Shown in pieces: positions 37,901-52,900 of a stretch of DNA of 64,000 bases; the stretch's first letter is position 1; each line of letters opens with the position of its first letter. The notes under the pieces are model-generated. The model was not told the origin of the DNA, made no database searches, and saw only the letters and a list, made by a program, of their open reading frames with translations. Both the position numbers and the translations under genes were made by a program. This stretch comes from Eledone cirrhosa (taxonomy: Eukaryota): positions 22,630,001 through 22,694,000 of the forward strand of contig OZ024744.1 of assembly GCA_964016885.1 (NCBI GenBank). The letters run 5' to 3'.

Positions 37901-40900
37901 GAGACTGCCCACATTCGACAACTCTTACAGAGACTACCCGCTTTCGACAAGTCTAACAGAGAATCCCCACCTTCGACAAGCCTAACAGAGACTGCCCACC
38001 TTCGACAAAGTTAACAGAGACTGCCCACTTCGACAAATCTACCAGAGATTGCCCAACTTCGACAAGCCTAACAGAGACAGCCCACCTTCGACAAGCCTAA
38101 CAGAGACTGCCCACATTCGACCCAGTCTAAATTAGACTACCCACCTTCGACAAGTCTAACAGAGACTGCCCATATATGACAAACCTAACAGAGACTGCCC
38201 AACTTCGACAAGTCTAACAGTGGATGCCCACCTTCGACAAGATTAACAGAGACTGCCGACCTTCGACAAGTCTAACAGAGACTGCCAACCTTCGCTCAAA
38301 TCTAACACAGACTGCCGACCTTCGACAAGCCTAACAGAGACTACCGACATTCGACAAATCTAACAGGGACTACCCACCTTCAAAAAGTCTAACAGAGTTT
38401 GCCTACCTTCGAAAAGTCTAACATAGGCCTCACACCTTCTACAAGCCTAACAGAGACGGCCCACCTTCGACAAGACTTATAGACACTGCCCACTTTCGAC
38501 AAGTGTAACAGAGACTGCCAACCTTCGCTCACATCTAACAGAGGCTGCACACCTTCGACACGCCTAACAGAGACTCCCCACATTCGACAAACCTAACAGA
38601 GAATGCCCACACTTGACAAGTCTTACAGAGACTGCCCACATTCGACAAGCCTAACAGAGATTGCCCACATTCGACAATTGTAACAAAGACTGCTCACTAT
38701 CGACAAACCTAACGGAGACTGCCCACCTTCGATAACTGTAACAGAGACTGCCCACTTTCGACAAGTCTAACAGAGACTGCCCACCTTCGACAAACCTAAC
38801 ACAGACAGCCCACCTTCCACAAGCCTAACAGAGACTGCCCACTGACAAGTATAAATGAGACTGCCCACCTTTGAGAGGTCTAACAGAGACTGCCCACATA
38901 TGACAAACCTAACAGTGACTGCCCACTTTCGCTGAAATCTAACACACACTGCCCACCTTCTACAAGCCTAACAGAGACTGCCGGCCTTCGACAAGTCTAA
39001 CAGAGACTGCCCACCTTCGATAAGCCTACCAGAGACTACTCAACTTCGACAGGTCTAACAGAGACTATCAACCTTAGGCAAGTCTAACAGAGACTGCCCA
39101 CCTTCGACAAACCTAACAGAGACTACCGACCTTCGACAAATTTTAACAGGGAATACCCACCTTCAAGAAGCCTAACAGAGACTGCCCTGCTTCGACAAAC
39201 CTAACAGAGACTGCCCACCTTCGATAAGCCTACCAGAGACTACTCAACTTCGACAGGTCTAACAGAGACTATCAACCTTAGGCAAGTCTAACAGAGACTG
39301 CCCATCTTCGACAAACCTAACAGAGACTGCCCACCTATGACAAACCTAATAGAGACTGCCCACCTTCGACAAGCCTAACAGAGAGTTGCCACCTTCGACC
39401 AGCCAAACAGAGATTGCCAAACTTCGACAAGTCTAACAGAGACTACCCAGCTTCGTCAAACCTAAAAGAGACTGCCCACCTTCGACAAGCCTAACAGTGT
39501 CTATAAATCTTAGACAAACCTAACAGAGTGCCCACCTTTGACAAACCTAGAAGGGACTGTCCCCCTTCGAAAAACCTAACAGAGACTGCCCTCCTTCGAC
39601 AAGCCTAACAGAGACTGCCCACCTTCGATAAGCCTAACAGTGACTGCCCAACTTCGACAAACTTAACAGAGACTGCCGAACTTCGACAAGTCCAACAGAG
39701 ACTGCCCACCTTCGCTCAAATCTAACACAGACTGCACACCTTTGACAAGCCTAACAGAGACTGCCCACCTTTGACAAACCTAACAGAGACAGCTCAACAG
39801 TGAATTATAACTGGGAATACCCACCTTCAAGAAGCCTAACAGAGACTGCCCTACTTCGACAAACCTGACAGAGACTGCCCACCTTCGACAAACCTAACAA
39901 AGACTACCGACCTTCGACAAACTAACAGAGACTGCCCACCTTCGACAAACCTAACAGTGACTGCCCATTTTCGACAAGCTTAACAGAGACTGCCAACATT
40001 TGACAAGGCTAACAAAGACTGCCACCTTCGATAAACCTAACAGTGACTGCCCAACTTCGACAACTCTAACAGAGACTGTCAATCTTAATCAAGCCTAACA
40101 GAGACACTCTACCTTTGACAGACCTAACAGAGACTGCCCACCTTTTTCAAACCTAACAGAGACTACCGACTTTCGACGAACCTAACAGAGACTGCCCACA
40201 TTCGACAAACCTAACATTGACTGCCCACTTTCGACAAACCTAACGGAGACTGCCCACCTTCGACAATTCTAACAGAGACACCCCACCTTCGACAAACTTA
40301 ACAGAGAATGCCTATTTTCGACAAGTCTAACAGAGACTGCCCACTTTCGAAAAACCTAACAAAGACTGCCCATCTTCGCTCAAATCTAACACAGACTGCC
40401 CACCTTCTACAAACCTAACAGAGACTGCCGACCTTCGACAAGTCTAACAGAGACTGCCCACCTTAGATAAGCCTACCAGAGACTACTCAACTTCGACAAG
40501 TCTAACATAGACTTTCAACCTTAGGCAAACTCTAACAGTTACTGCCCACCTTTGACAAACCTAACAGTGACTACCGACTTTCGACAAATCTAACAGCGAA
40601 TACCCACCTTCAACAAGCCTAACAGAGACTGCCCTACTTCGACAAGTCTAACAGAGACCGTCCACCTTCGACAAACCCAACAGATACTGCCCACATACGA
40701 CAAACCTAACAGAGACTACCGACCTTCGACAAACTTAACAGAGACTTCTCACCTTCGACAACTCTTACAGAGACTGCCCACCTTCGACAAACCTAACAGA
40801 GACAGCCCACTTTCAACAAGCCTAACAGAGACTGCCCACATTTGACGAGTCTAAATGAGACTGCCCACCTTCGACAGGTCTAACAGAGACTGCTCACATA

Positions 40901-43900
40901 TGACAAACCTAATAGAGACTGCCCACCTTCGCTGAAATCTAACACAGACTGCCCACCTACCTTCTACAAGCCTAACAGAGACTGCCGACCTTCGACAAGT
41001 CTAACAGAGACTGCCCACCTTCGATAAGCCTACCAGAGACTACTCAACTTCGACAGGTCTAACAGAGACTATCAACCTTAGGCAAGTCTAACAGAGACTG
41101 CCCACCTTCGACAAGCCTAACAGAGATTGCCCATCTTCGAAAAGTCTAACTTAGGCCTCACACCTTCTACAAGCCTAACAGAGACGGCCCACCTTCCACA
41201 AGACTTATAGACACTGCCCACCTTCGACAAGTGTAACAGAGACTGCCAACCTTCGCTCACATCTAACAGAGGCTGCACACCTTCGACACGCCTAACAGAG
41301 ACTCCCCACATTCGACAAACCTAACAGAGAATGCCCACACTTGACAAGTCTTACAGAGACTGCCCACATTCGACAAGCCTAACAGTGATTGCCCACCTTC
41401 GACAATTGTAACAAAGACTGCTCACCATCGACAAACCTAACGGAGACTGCCCACCTTCGACAACTGTAACAGAGACTGCCCACTTTCGACAAGTCTAACA
41501 GAGACTTCCCACCTTCGAATAAACCTAACAGAGACAGCCCACCTTCCACAAGCCTAACAGAGTCTGCCCACTGACAAGTATAAATGAGACTGCCCACCTT
41601 CGACAGGTCTAACAGAGACTGCCCACATATGACAAACCTAACAGAGACTGCCCACCTTCGCTGAAATCTAACACAGACTGCCCACCTTCTACAAGCCTAA
41701 CAGAGACTGCCCACTGACAAGTATAAATGAGACTGCCCACCTTCGACAGGTCTAACAGAGACTGCCCACATATGACAAACCTAACAGAGACTGCCCACCT
41801 TCGCTGAAATCTAACACAGACTGCCCACCTTCTACAAGCCTAACAGAGACTGCCGACCTTCGACAAGTCTAACAGAGACTGCCCACCTTCGATAAGCCTA
41901 CCAGAGACTACTCAACTTCGACAGGTCTAACAGAGACTATCAATCTTAGGCAAGTCTAACAGAGACTGCCCACCTTCGACAAACCTAACAGAGACTACCG
42001 ACCTTCGACAAATTTTAACAGGGAATACCCACCTTCAAGAAGCCTAACAGAGACTGCCCTGCTTCGATAAACCTAACAGAGACTGCCCACCTTCGATAAG
42101 CCTACCAGAGACTACTCAACTTCGACAGGTCTAACAGAGACTATCAACCTTAGGCAAGTCTAACAGAGACTGCCCATCTTCGACAAACCTAACAGAGACT
42201 GCCCACCTATGACAAACCTAACAGAGACTGCCCACCTTCGACAAACCTAACAGTGACTGCCCACCTTCGACCGGCCTAACAGAGACTTGCCACCTTCGAC
42301 AGTCTAACAGAGTATGCCACCTTCGACAGCCTAACAAGCCTAACAAAAACTGCCCCCCTTTGACAAACCTAACAGAGACTGCCAACCTTCTACAAACCTA
42401 ACATTGACTGCCCACTTTCGACAAACCTTACAAACACTGCCCACCTTCGACAATTCTAACTGAGACACCCCACGTTCTATTAACCTAACAGAGATTGCCT
42501 ACTTTCGACAAGACTAACCGAGACTGCCTTCCTTCGACAAACCTAACAGAGACTGCCCAGCTTCGACAAACCTAACAGAGACTGCCCACATTCGACAAGC
42601 CTAACAGAGACTGCCCACTTTCGACAAACTTAACAGAGACTGCCCGCCTTCGACAAGCCTAACAGAGATGTCCCACGTTCCATAACTCTAACAGAGACCT
42701 CCCACTTTCGATAAACCTAACAGAGACTGCCCACCTTCGACAAATCTAGCAGATACTACCCACCTTCGACAAACCTAACAGAGACAGCCCATCTTCGACA
42801 AGCCTAGCAGAGACTGCCCACCTTCGACAAGCCTAACAGACACAGCCCACCTTCAACAATTCTAACAGAGATGGCCCACGTTAGTCAATACTAACAGAGA
42901 CTGCCTGCCTTCGACTAGTCTAAGAGAGACGGCCCACCATCGAAAAGCATAACAGAGACTGCTCATCTTCGACAAACCTAACAGAGATGCCCACCTTAGA
43001 CAAACCTAATAGAGACAGCCCACCTTCGACAAGACTAACTGAGACTCCCCACATTCGACAAGTCTAACAGAGACTGCCCACCTTCGATAAGCTTTCCAGA
43101 GACTACTCAACTTCGACAAGCCTAATAGAAACTATCAACCTTATAAAAGCCTAACAGAGACAGCCCATCTTTGACAAACCTGACAGAGACAGCGCACCTT
43201 CGACTAACCTAACAGAGAATGCCCACCTTCGACAAGGCTAACAGTGACTGCCCACATTCGACAAACCTAACATAGACTATCGACCTTCGACAAACTTAAC
43301 AGAGCGTCCCCATCTTCGACACACGTAACAGAGACTGCCCACCTTCGACAAACCTAACAGAGACTGCCCATCTTCGACAAAACTAACAGAGACTACCGAC
43401 CTTCGACAAACCTAACAGAGACTACCCACCTTCAACAAGTCTAACAGAGACTGCCCACCTTTAACAAACTTAACAGAGACTGCCCACCTTCGACCGGCCT
43501 AACAGAGACTTGCCACCTTCGACAAGCCTAACAGAGACTCCCCACTTTCGACAAACCTAACAGAGACTGCCCACCTTCGTCAAGCCTAACAGAGATGGGC
43601 CACGTTCGATACGTCTAACAGAGACCTCCCAAGTTGAACAAGCCTAACATATACTACCCACCTTAGAGTGGTCGATTAACCTAACAGAGAATTCCCACCT
43701 TTCAAAAAACTAACAGAGACTGCCCACGTTTTAAAAAACTATCAGAGATAGCCCACTTTCCACAAACCTAACAGAGACAGCCCACCTTCGATAAACCTAA
43801 CATAGACTATCGACCTTCGACAAACTTAACAGAGACTGCCCTACTTCGACAAACTTAACAGAGACTCCCCACCTTCGACAAACCTAACAGAGACTGCCCA

Positions 43901-46900
43901 CCTTCGACAAACCTAACATAGACTATCGACCTTCGACAAACTTAACAGAGACTGCCCTACTTCGACAAACTTAACAGAGACTCCCCACCTTCGACAAACC
44001 TAACAGAGACTGCCCACCTTCGACAAACCTAACATAGACTATCGACCTTCGACAAACTTAACAGAGACTGCCCTACGTCGACAAACTTAACAGAGACTCC
44101 CCACCTTCGACAAACCTAACAGAGACTGCCCACCTTCGACAAACCTAACAGAGACTACCGACCTTCGACAAGCCTAACAGGGACTACCCACCTTCAACAA
44201 GTCTAACTGAGACTGCCCTACTTCGACAAACCTAACAGAGACTGCCCACATTCGACAAACTTAACAGAGAATCCCCACCTTCAACAAACCTAACAGAGAC
44301 TGCCCACCTTCGACAAACCTAACAGTGACTGCCCATTTGTTACAAGCCTAACAGAGACTGCGAACATTTGACAAGGCTTACAAATACTGCCCACCTTCGA
44401 TAAGCCTAACAGTAACTGCCTAACTTCGACAAGTCTAACAGAGACTGTCAATCTTAAAAAGCCTAACAGAAACTTCCCCCCTTTGACAAACCTAACAGAC
44501 ACTGCCCACCTTCGACAAACTTAACAGCGACTGCCCACATTCGACAAGCCTAACAGAGACTGCCCACCTTCGACAAACCTAACAGAGACTGCCCACCTTC
44601 GACAAGCGTAACAGAGAGTACCCACCTTGGATCAGCCTAACAGAGACTGGCCACCTTCGACAAGTCTATCAGAGAATTCCCACTTTCGCCAAGCCTAACA
44701 AAGACTTCCCAATTTCGACAAACCTAACAGAGACTGCCCACCTTCGACAAGTCTAAGAGAGACAGCCCACCTTCGAAAAGCCTAACAGACACTGCCCACC
44801 TTCGACGAACCTAACAGAGATGCCGACCTTCGACAAGTCTAACAGAGACTGCCCACATTCGCTCAAATCTAACACAGACTGCACACCTTCGACAAGACTA
44901 ACAGAAACTGCACACCTTCGATAAGCCTAACAGAGACTGCCTGCAGTCGACAAACCTAACAGAGAATGCCCACCTTCGACAAGTCTTAAATAGACTGCCC
45001 ACATTCGACAAGCCTAACAGAGACTGCCCAGCTTCGCCAAACCTAACAGAGACTGCCCACCTTCGACAAGCCTAACAAAGACTGCTCATCTTCGACAAAC
45101 CTAACAGAGACTGCCCACTTCGACAACTGTAACAGAGACTGCCCACTTTCGAAAAGTCTACCAGAAACTGCCCACATTCGACAAATCTCCCAGAGATTGC
45201 CCAACTTCGACAAACCTAACGAAGACAGCCCACCTTCGACAAGCCTAACAGAGTCTTCCCACATTCGACAACTCTATCTGAGACTGCCCACCTTCGACAA
45301 GTCTAACAGAGACTGCCCATATATGACAAACCTAACAGACACTGCCAACCTTCGACAAGTCTAACAGAGACTGCCCACCTTCGCTCAAATATAACACAGT
45401 CAGCCCACCTGCGACAAGCCTAACAGGGACTGCCAACAGGGACTACCCACCTTCAAAAAATCTAACAGAGACTGCCCACCTTCGACAAACCTAACAGAGA
45501 CTACCGACCTTCCACAAACTTAACAGAGAATCCCCACCTTCGACAAACCTAACAGTGAGTGCCAATTTTCAACAAGCCTAAGTGAGACTGCCAACATTTG
45601 ACAATGCTAACAAGATTGCCCACCTTCGATAAGCCTAACAGTGATTGCCCAACTTCAACAAGTCTAACGGAGACTGTCAATCTTAAAGAAGCCTAACAGA
45701 GACTGCCCATCTTTGACAAACATAACAGAGACGGCCCAACAGCGACAAACCTAACAGACTTCCCACCTTCGACAAGACTAACAGAGACTGCCCTTCTTCC
45801 ACAAGTCTAACATAGACTACCCACCTTAGACTAGCATAGCAGAGACTGCGCACCGTCGACTAACCTAACAGAGACTGCCCACGTTCTACAAACCAAACAG
45901 AGACAGCCCACCTTCGACAAGCCTAACAGACACGGCCCACATTCGACAAGTCTAATAGAGACTGCCCACCTTCGACAAACATAACAGAGACTGCCCACAT
46001 ACGACAAACCTAACAGAGACTGCCCACCTTCGATAAGCCTAACAGTGACTGCCCAGATTCGACAAACTTAACAGAGACTGCCGACCTTCGACAAGTCTAA
46101 CACTGACCGCCCACTTTCGCTCAAATCTAAAAGAGACTGCCCACCTTCGACAAGCCTAACAGAGACTGCCAACATTTGACAAGTCTAACTGAGACTGCCC
46201 ACCTTCGATAAACCTAACAGTGACTGCCCATCATCGACAAATCTAACAGAGACTATCAATCTTAGACAGGCCTAACAGAGACTTCCCATCTTTGACAAAC
46301 CTGACAGAGACTGCCGACATTCGACAAGCCTAATAGAGACTGCCCAGCTTCGACAAACCTAACAGAGACTTCCCAGCTTCGTCAAACCTAAGAGAGACTG
46401 CCCACCTTCGACAAGCCTATCAGTGACTATCAATCTTAGAGAAGCCTAACAGCGACTGCCCACCATTGACAAAAATTACATAGACTGCCCACCTTCGACA
46501 AACCTAACAGAGACTGCCCACCTTTGACAAGCCTAAACGAGACTGCCCACATTCGACAAGTCTAACTGAGACTGCCCACCTTCAACAAGTCTAACAGAGA
46601 CTGCCCACATACGACAAACCTAACAGATACTACCCACATTCGACAAGCCTAACAGCGACTGCCCACATTCGGCAGACTTAACAGAGATTGCCCACCTTCA
46701 ACAACTCTAACAGAGACTGCCCACCTTCGCTCAAATCTAACACTGACTGCACACCTTCGACAAGCCTAACAGAAAATGCCCACCTTCGACAAGTCTTACA
46801 GAGACTGCCCACATTCGACAAGCCTAATAGAGACTTCCCAGATTCGTCAAAGCTAACAGAGACTGCCCACCTTCGACAACTCTTACAGAGACTGCGCAGT

Positions 46901-49900
46901 TTCGACAAGTCTAACAGAGACTGCCCTATTTCGACAAGACTAACAGAGACTGCCCACTTTCGACAAATCTACCAGCGATTGCCCAACTTCAACAAACCTA
47001 ACATAGACAGCCCACCTTCGACAAGTCTAACAGAGACTACCCACATTTGACAAGTCTAACAGAGTCTGCCCAACTTCGACAAGTCAAACATAGACTACCT
47101 ACCTTAGACTAGCCTAGAAGAGACTGCGCACCTTCGACTAACCTAACAGAGAATGCCCACCTTCGACAAAACTAACAGAGACTGCCCCCCTTCTACAAAC
47201 CTAACAGAGACTGTCCACCTTCGACAAGTCTAACAGAGACTGCCCACCTTCGACAGACCTAACAGAGACTGCCCACCTTCGACAAACCTAACAGAGACTG
47301 CCCACCTTCGACAAACTTAACAGAGACTGCCTACGTTCGACAAGGCTAACAGAGACTGCCCATCTTCGACAAAATTACAGAGACTGCCCACCTTCGACAA
47401 ACCTAATAGAGACTGCCCACCTTCGACAAGCCTAACAGAGAGTTGCCACCTTCGACCAGCCAAACAGAGATTGACTACTCAGCTTCGTCAAACCTAAAAG
47501 AGACTGCCCACCTTCGACAAGACTAACAGTGTCTATAAATCTTAGACAAACCTAACAGAGTGCCCACCTGGACAGACTTGACAGAGACTGCCCACCTTCG
47601 ACAAGCCTAACAGAGACTCCCCACCTTCGACGAGCCTAACAGAGACTGCCGACCTTCGACAAGTCCAACAGAGACTGCCCACCTTCGGTAAAATCTAACA
47701 CAGACTGCACACATTCGACAAGCCGAACAGAGACTGCCCACCTTCGACAACTCTTACGGAGACTGCCCACTTTCGACAAACCTAACAGCGACAGCTCACC
47801 TTCGACAAGCCTACCAGAGACTGCCCTCATTCGACAAGTGTAAATTAGACTGCCCACCTTCGACAAGTCTAACAAAGACTGCCCATATATGACAAACCTA
47901 ACAGAGACTGCCCAACTTCGTCAAGCCTAACAGTGGCGTCCCACCTTCGACAAACTTACCTGAGACTGCCGACGTTCGAAAAGTCTAACAGAGACTGCCA
48001 ACATTTGACAAGTCTAACAGAGACTGCTTAGCTTCGATAAGCCTACCAGAGACTACTCAACTTCCACAAGTCTAACAGAGACTATCAACCTTAGGCAAGC
48101 CTAACAGAGACTACTCAACTTCGACAAGTCTAACGGAGACTATCTACCTTAGGCAAGCCTAACAGAGACTGCCCACCTTCGACATACCTAACAGAGATTA
48201 CCGACCTTCGACAAATCTAACAGGGACTACCCTCCTTCAACATGTCTAACAGAGACTGCCCTACTTAAAAAAACCTAACAGAGACTGCCCACCTTCGACA
48301 AACCTAACAGAGACTGCCCATATATGACAAACCTAACAGAGACTGCCCAACTTTGCTGAAATCTAACACATCTGCCCACCTTCTACAAGCCTAACAGAGA
48401 CTGCCGACCTTCGACAAGTCTAACAGAGACTGCCCACCTTCGATAAGCCTACCAGAGACTACTCAACTTCGACAGGTCTAACAGAGACTATCAATCTTAG
48501 GCAAGTATAACAGAGACAGCCCACCTTCGACAAACCTAACACAGACTACCGACCTTCGACAAATCTAACAGGGAATACCCACCTTCAACAAGCCTAACAG
48601 AGACTGCCCTGCTTCGACAATCCTAACAGAGACTGCCCACCTTCAACAAACCTAACAAAGACTACCGACCTTCGGCAAACGTAACAGAGAATCCCCCACC
48701 TTCGACAAACTTAACAAAGACTGCCCACCTTCGACAAACCTAACAGTGACTGTTCATTTTCGACAAGCCTAACAGAGACTGCCAACATTTGAAAAGGCTA
48801 ACAAAGACTGCCCAGCTTCGATAAAGTTAACAGTGACTGCCCAACTTCGACAACTCTAACAGAGACTGTCAATCTTAAACAAGCCTAACAGAGACTGCCT
48901 ACCTTTGACAAACCTAACAGAGACTGCCCACCTTCGACAAACCTAAGAGAGACTGCCCACATTCGACAAGCGTAACGCAGACTGCACATCTTCGACAAAC
49001 CTAACAGAGACTGCCAACCTTTGACAAGTCTAACAGAGACTGCCCTGCTTCGTCAAAACTAAGAGAGACTGCCCATCTTCGACAAGCCTAACAGTGACTA
49101 TCAATCTTAACAAACCTATCAGAGACTGCCCACCTTTGGCAAACCTAAGAGAGTCTGCCCACCTTCGACAAACCTAACAGAGACAGCCCACCTTCCACAA
49201 GCCTAACAGAGACTGCCCACCTTCGACAGGACTAAAAGAGACTGGCCACATATGACAAATCTAACAGAGATTGCGCACCTTCGCTGAAATCTAACACAGA
49301 CTGCCCACCTTCTACAAGCCTAACAGATACTGCCGAACTTCTACAAGTCTAACAGAGACTGCCCACCTTCGATAAGCCTACCAGAGACTACTAAACATGG
49401 ACAGGTCTAACAGAGACTATCAACCTTAGTCAAGTCTAACAGAGACTGCCCACCTTCGTCAAACCTAACAGAGACTACCGACCTTCGACAAATCTAACAG
49501 GGAATACCCACCTTCAACAAGCCTAACAGAGACTGCCCTACTTCGACAAACCTATCAGAGACTGCCCACCTTCGACAAACCTAACAAAGACTACCGACCT
49601 TCGACAAACTTGACAGAATCCCCACCTTCGACAAACTAACATAGAGTGCCCACCTTCGACAAAACTAACAGTGACTAACTTCGACAAGCCTAACAGAGAC
49701 TACCCCACATCGACAAGTCTAACAGAGTCTGCCCAACTTCGACAAGTCTAACATAGACTACCCACCTTAGACTTGCCTAGCTGAGACTGCGCACCTTCGA
49801 CTAACCTAACAGAGACTGCCCAACTTCGACAAAACTAACAGAGACTGCCCCCCTTCGACAAACCTAACAGAGATTGCCCACCTTCGACAAGTCTAACAGA

Positions 49901-52900
49901 GACTGCCCACCTTCGACAAACATAACATAGACTACCGACCTTCGACAAACCTAACATTGACTGCCCACTTTCGACAAACCTAACAGAAACTGCCAACCTT
50001 CGACAATTCTAACAGAGACACCACACTTTCATCAAACATAACAGAGACTCCCTACGTTCAACAAGTCTAACAGAGACTACACAACTTCGACAAGTCTAAC
50101 AGAGGCTGGCCACATTCGACAAGGCTAACAGAGACTGCCCATCTTCGACAAACCTAACAGAGACTGCCCACCTATGACAAACCTAATAGAGACTGCCCAT
50201 CTTCGACAAACCTAACAGAGAGTTGCCACCTTCGACCAGCCAAACAGAGATTGCCAAACTTCGACAAGTCTAACAGAGACTACCCAGCTTCGTCAAACCT
50301 AAAAGAGACAGCCCACCTTCGACAAGACTAGCAGTGTCTATAAATCTTAGACAAACCTAACAGAGTGCCCACCTTTGACAAACCTAACAGAGACTGCCCA
50401 CCTTCAACAAACCTAACAGAGACTGCCCACCTTCGACAAGCCTAACAGAGACTGCCCACCTTCGATAAGCCTAACAGTGACTGCCCAACATCGACAAGTC
50501 TAACAGAGACTGCCCACCTTCGACAATTCTAACATTGACCTCCCACCTTCAACAAGCCTAACAGAGTCTGCCCTCCTTCGACAAGTCTAACATAGACTAC
50601 CCACCTTAGACTAGCCTAGCAGAGACTGCGCAACTTCGACTAACCTAACCGAGACTGCCCAGCTTCGTCAAACCTAAGAGAGACTGCCCATCTTCGACAA
50701 GCCTAACAGTGACTATCAACCTTACCAAGCCTATCAGAGAATGCCCACCTTCGACAAACCTAACAGAGAGCGCCCACTTCGAGGAGCCTAAAACAGACTG
50801 CCCACATTTGACAAGTCTAACTGAGACTGCCCATCTTCAACCAGTCTAACAGAGACTGCCCACATACGACAAACCTAACAGATACTGCCCACCTTCAACA
50901 GACTTAACAGAGACTGCTGACTTTCGACAAGTTTAACATAGACTGCCCAGGTTCGCTCAAATCTAACACAGACTGCACATCTTCGACAAGCCTGACAGAG
51001 ACTGCACACCTTCGACAAGACTAACAGAGACTGCCCAGCTTCGCCAAACCTAACAGAGACTGCCCACCTTCGACAAGCCTAACAAAGACTGCTCACCTTC
51101 GACAAACCTAACGGAGACTGCCCACCTTCGACAACTGTAACAGAGACTGCCCACTTTCGAAAAGTCTAACAGAGACTGCCCACCTTCGACAAGCCTAACA
51201 GAGACTGCCCACCATTGACAAACATAACAGAGACTGCCCACCTTCGACAAACTTAACAGAGACTGCCCACCTTTGACAAGCCTAACCGAGACTGCCCACC
51301 TTCAACAAGTCTAACAGAGACTGCCCACATACGACAAACCTAACAGACACTGCCTACATTCGACAAGCCTAACAGTGACTGCCCACATTCGACTGACTTA
51401 ACAGAGATTGCCCACCTTCTACAAGTCTAACAGAGACTGCCCACTTTCGCTCAAATCTAACACTGACCGCACACCCTCGACAAGCCTAACAGAGAATGCC
51501 CACCTTCGACAAGTCTTACATAGACTGCACAGCTGCGACAAGCCTAACAGAGACTGCCCACCTTCGGCAAGCCTAACAAAGACTGCTCACCTTCGACAAA
51601 CATATCGGAGACTGCCCACATTCGACAACTCTTACAGAGACTGCCCGCTTTCGACAAGTCTAACAGAGAATCCCCACCTTCGACAAGCCTAACAGAGACT
51701 GCCCACCTTCGACAAAGTTAACAGAGACTGCCCACTTCGACAAATCTACCAGAGATTGCCCAACTTCGACAAGCCTAACAGAGACAGCCCACCTTCGACA
51801 AGCCTAACAGAGACTGCCCACATTCGACCCAGTCTAAATTAGACTACCCACCTTCGACAAGTCTAACAGAGACTGCCCATATATGACAAACCTAACAGAG
51901 ACTGCCCAACTTCGACAAGTCTAACAGTGGATGCCCACCTTCGACAAGATTAACAGAGACTGCCGACCTTCGACAAGTCTAACAGAGACTGCCAACCTTC
52001 GCTCAAATCTAACACAGACTGCCGACCTTCGACAAGCCTAACAGAGACTACCGACATTCGACAAATCTAACAGGGACTACCCACCTTCAAAAAGTCTAAC
52101 AGAGTTTGCCCACCTTCGACAAACCTAACAGAGACTAGCGACCTTCGACAAACTTAACAGAGAATCCATACCTTCGACAAACCTAACAGAGACTGCCCAC
52201 CCACGACAAACCTAACAGTGACTGCCCATTTAAGACAAGCCTACCAGAGACTGCCAACATTTGACAAAGCTAACAAAGACTGCCCAACTTCGATAAGCCT
52301 AACATTGACTGCCCACCTTCGACAAGTCTGACAGAGACTGTCAACCTTAAACAAGCCTAACAGAGACTCACCCACCTTTCACAAACCTTACATAGACTGC
52401 CCACCTTCGACAGACCTAACAGAAACCTCTGACCTTCAACAAGCCTAACAGAGAATGCCCTCATTCGACAAGTCTTATATATACTACCCACCTTAGACTT
52501 TCCTAGCAGAGACTCCGCACCTTCGACTAGCCTAACAGAGACTGCCCACATTCGACAAACCTAACAGAGACTGCCCACCTTCTACAAAGCTAACAGAGAC
52601 TGCCCATCTTTGACAAGGCTAGCAGAGACTGCCCACCTTCGATAAGCCTAACAGTGACGGCCCAACATCGACAAGTCTAACAGAGACTATCAATCTTAGA
52701 AGAGCCTAACAAAGACTGCCCACCTTTCACAAACCTAACAGAGACTGCCCAACTCCGACAAACCTAACAGAGACTGCCCACCTTTGACAAGCCTAACAGA
52801 GAGTGCCCACCTTCGACAAGTCTAACAGTGACCTCCCACCTTCAACAAGCCAAATAGAGACTGCCTTCCTACGACAAGTCTAACATAGACTACTCACCTT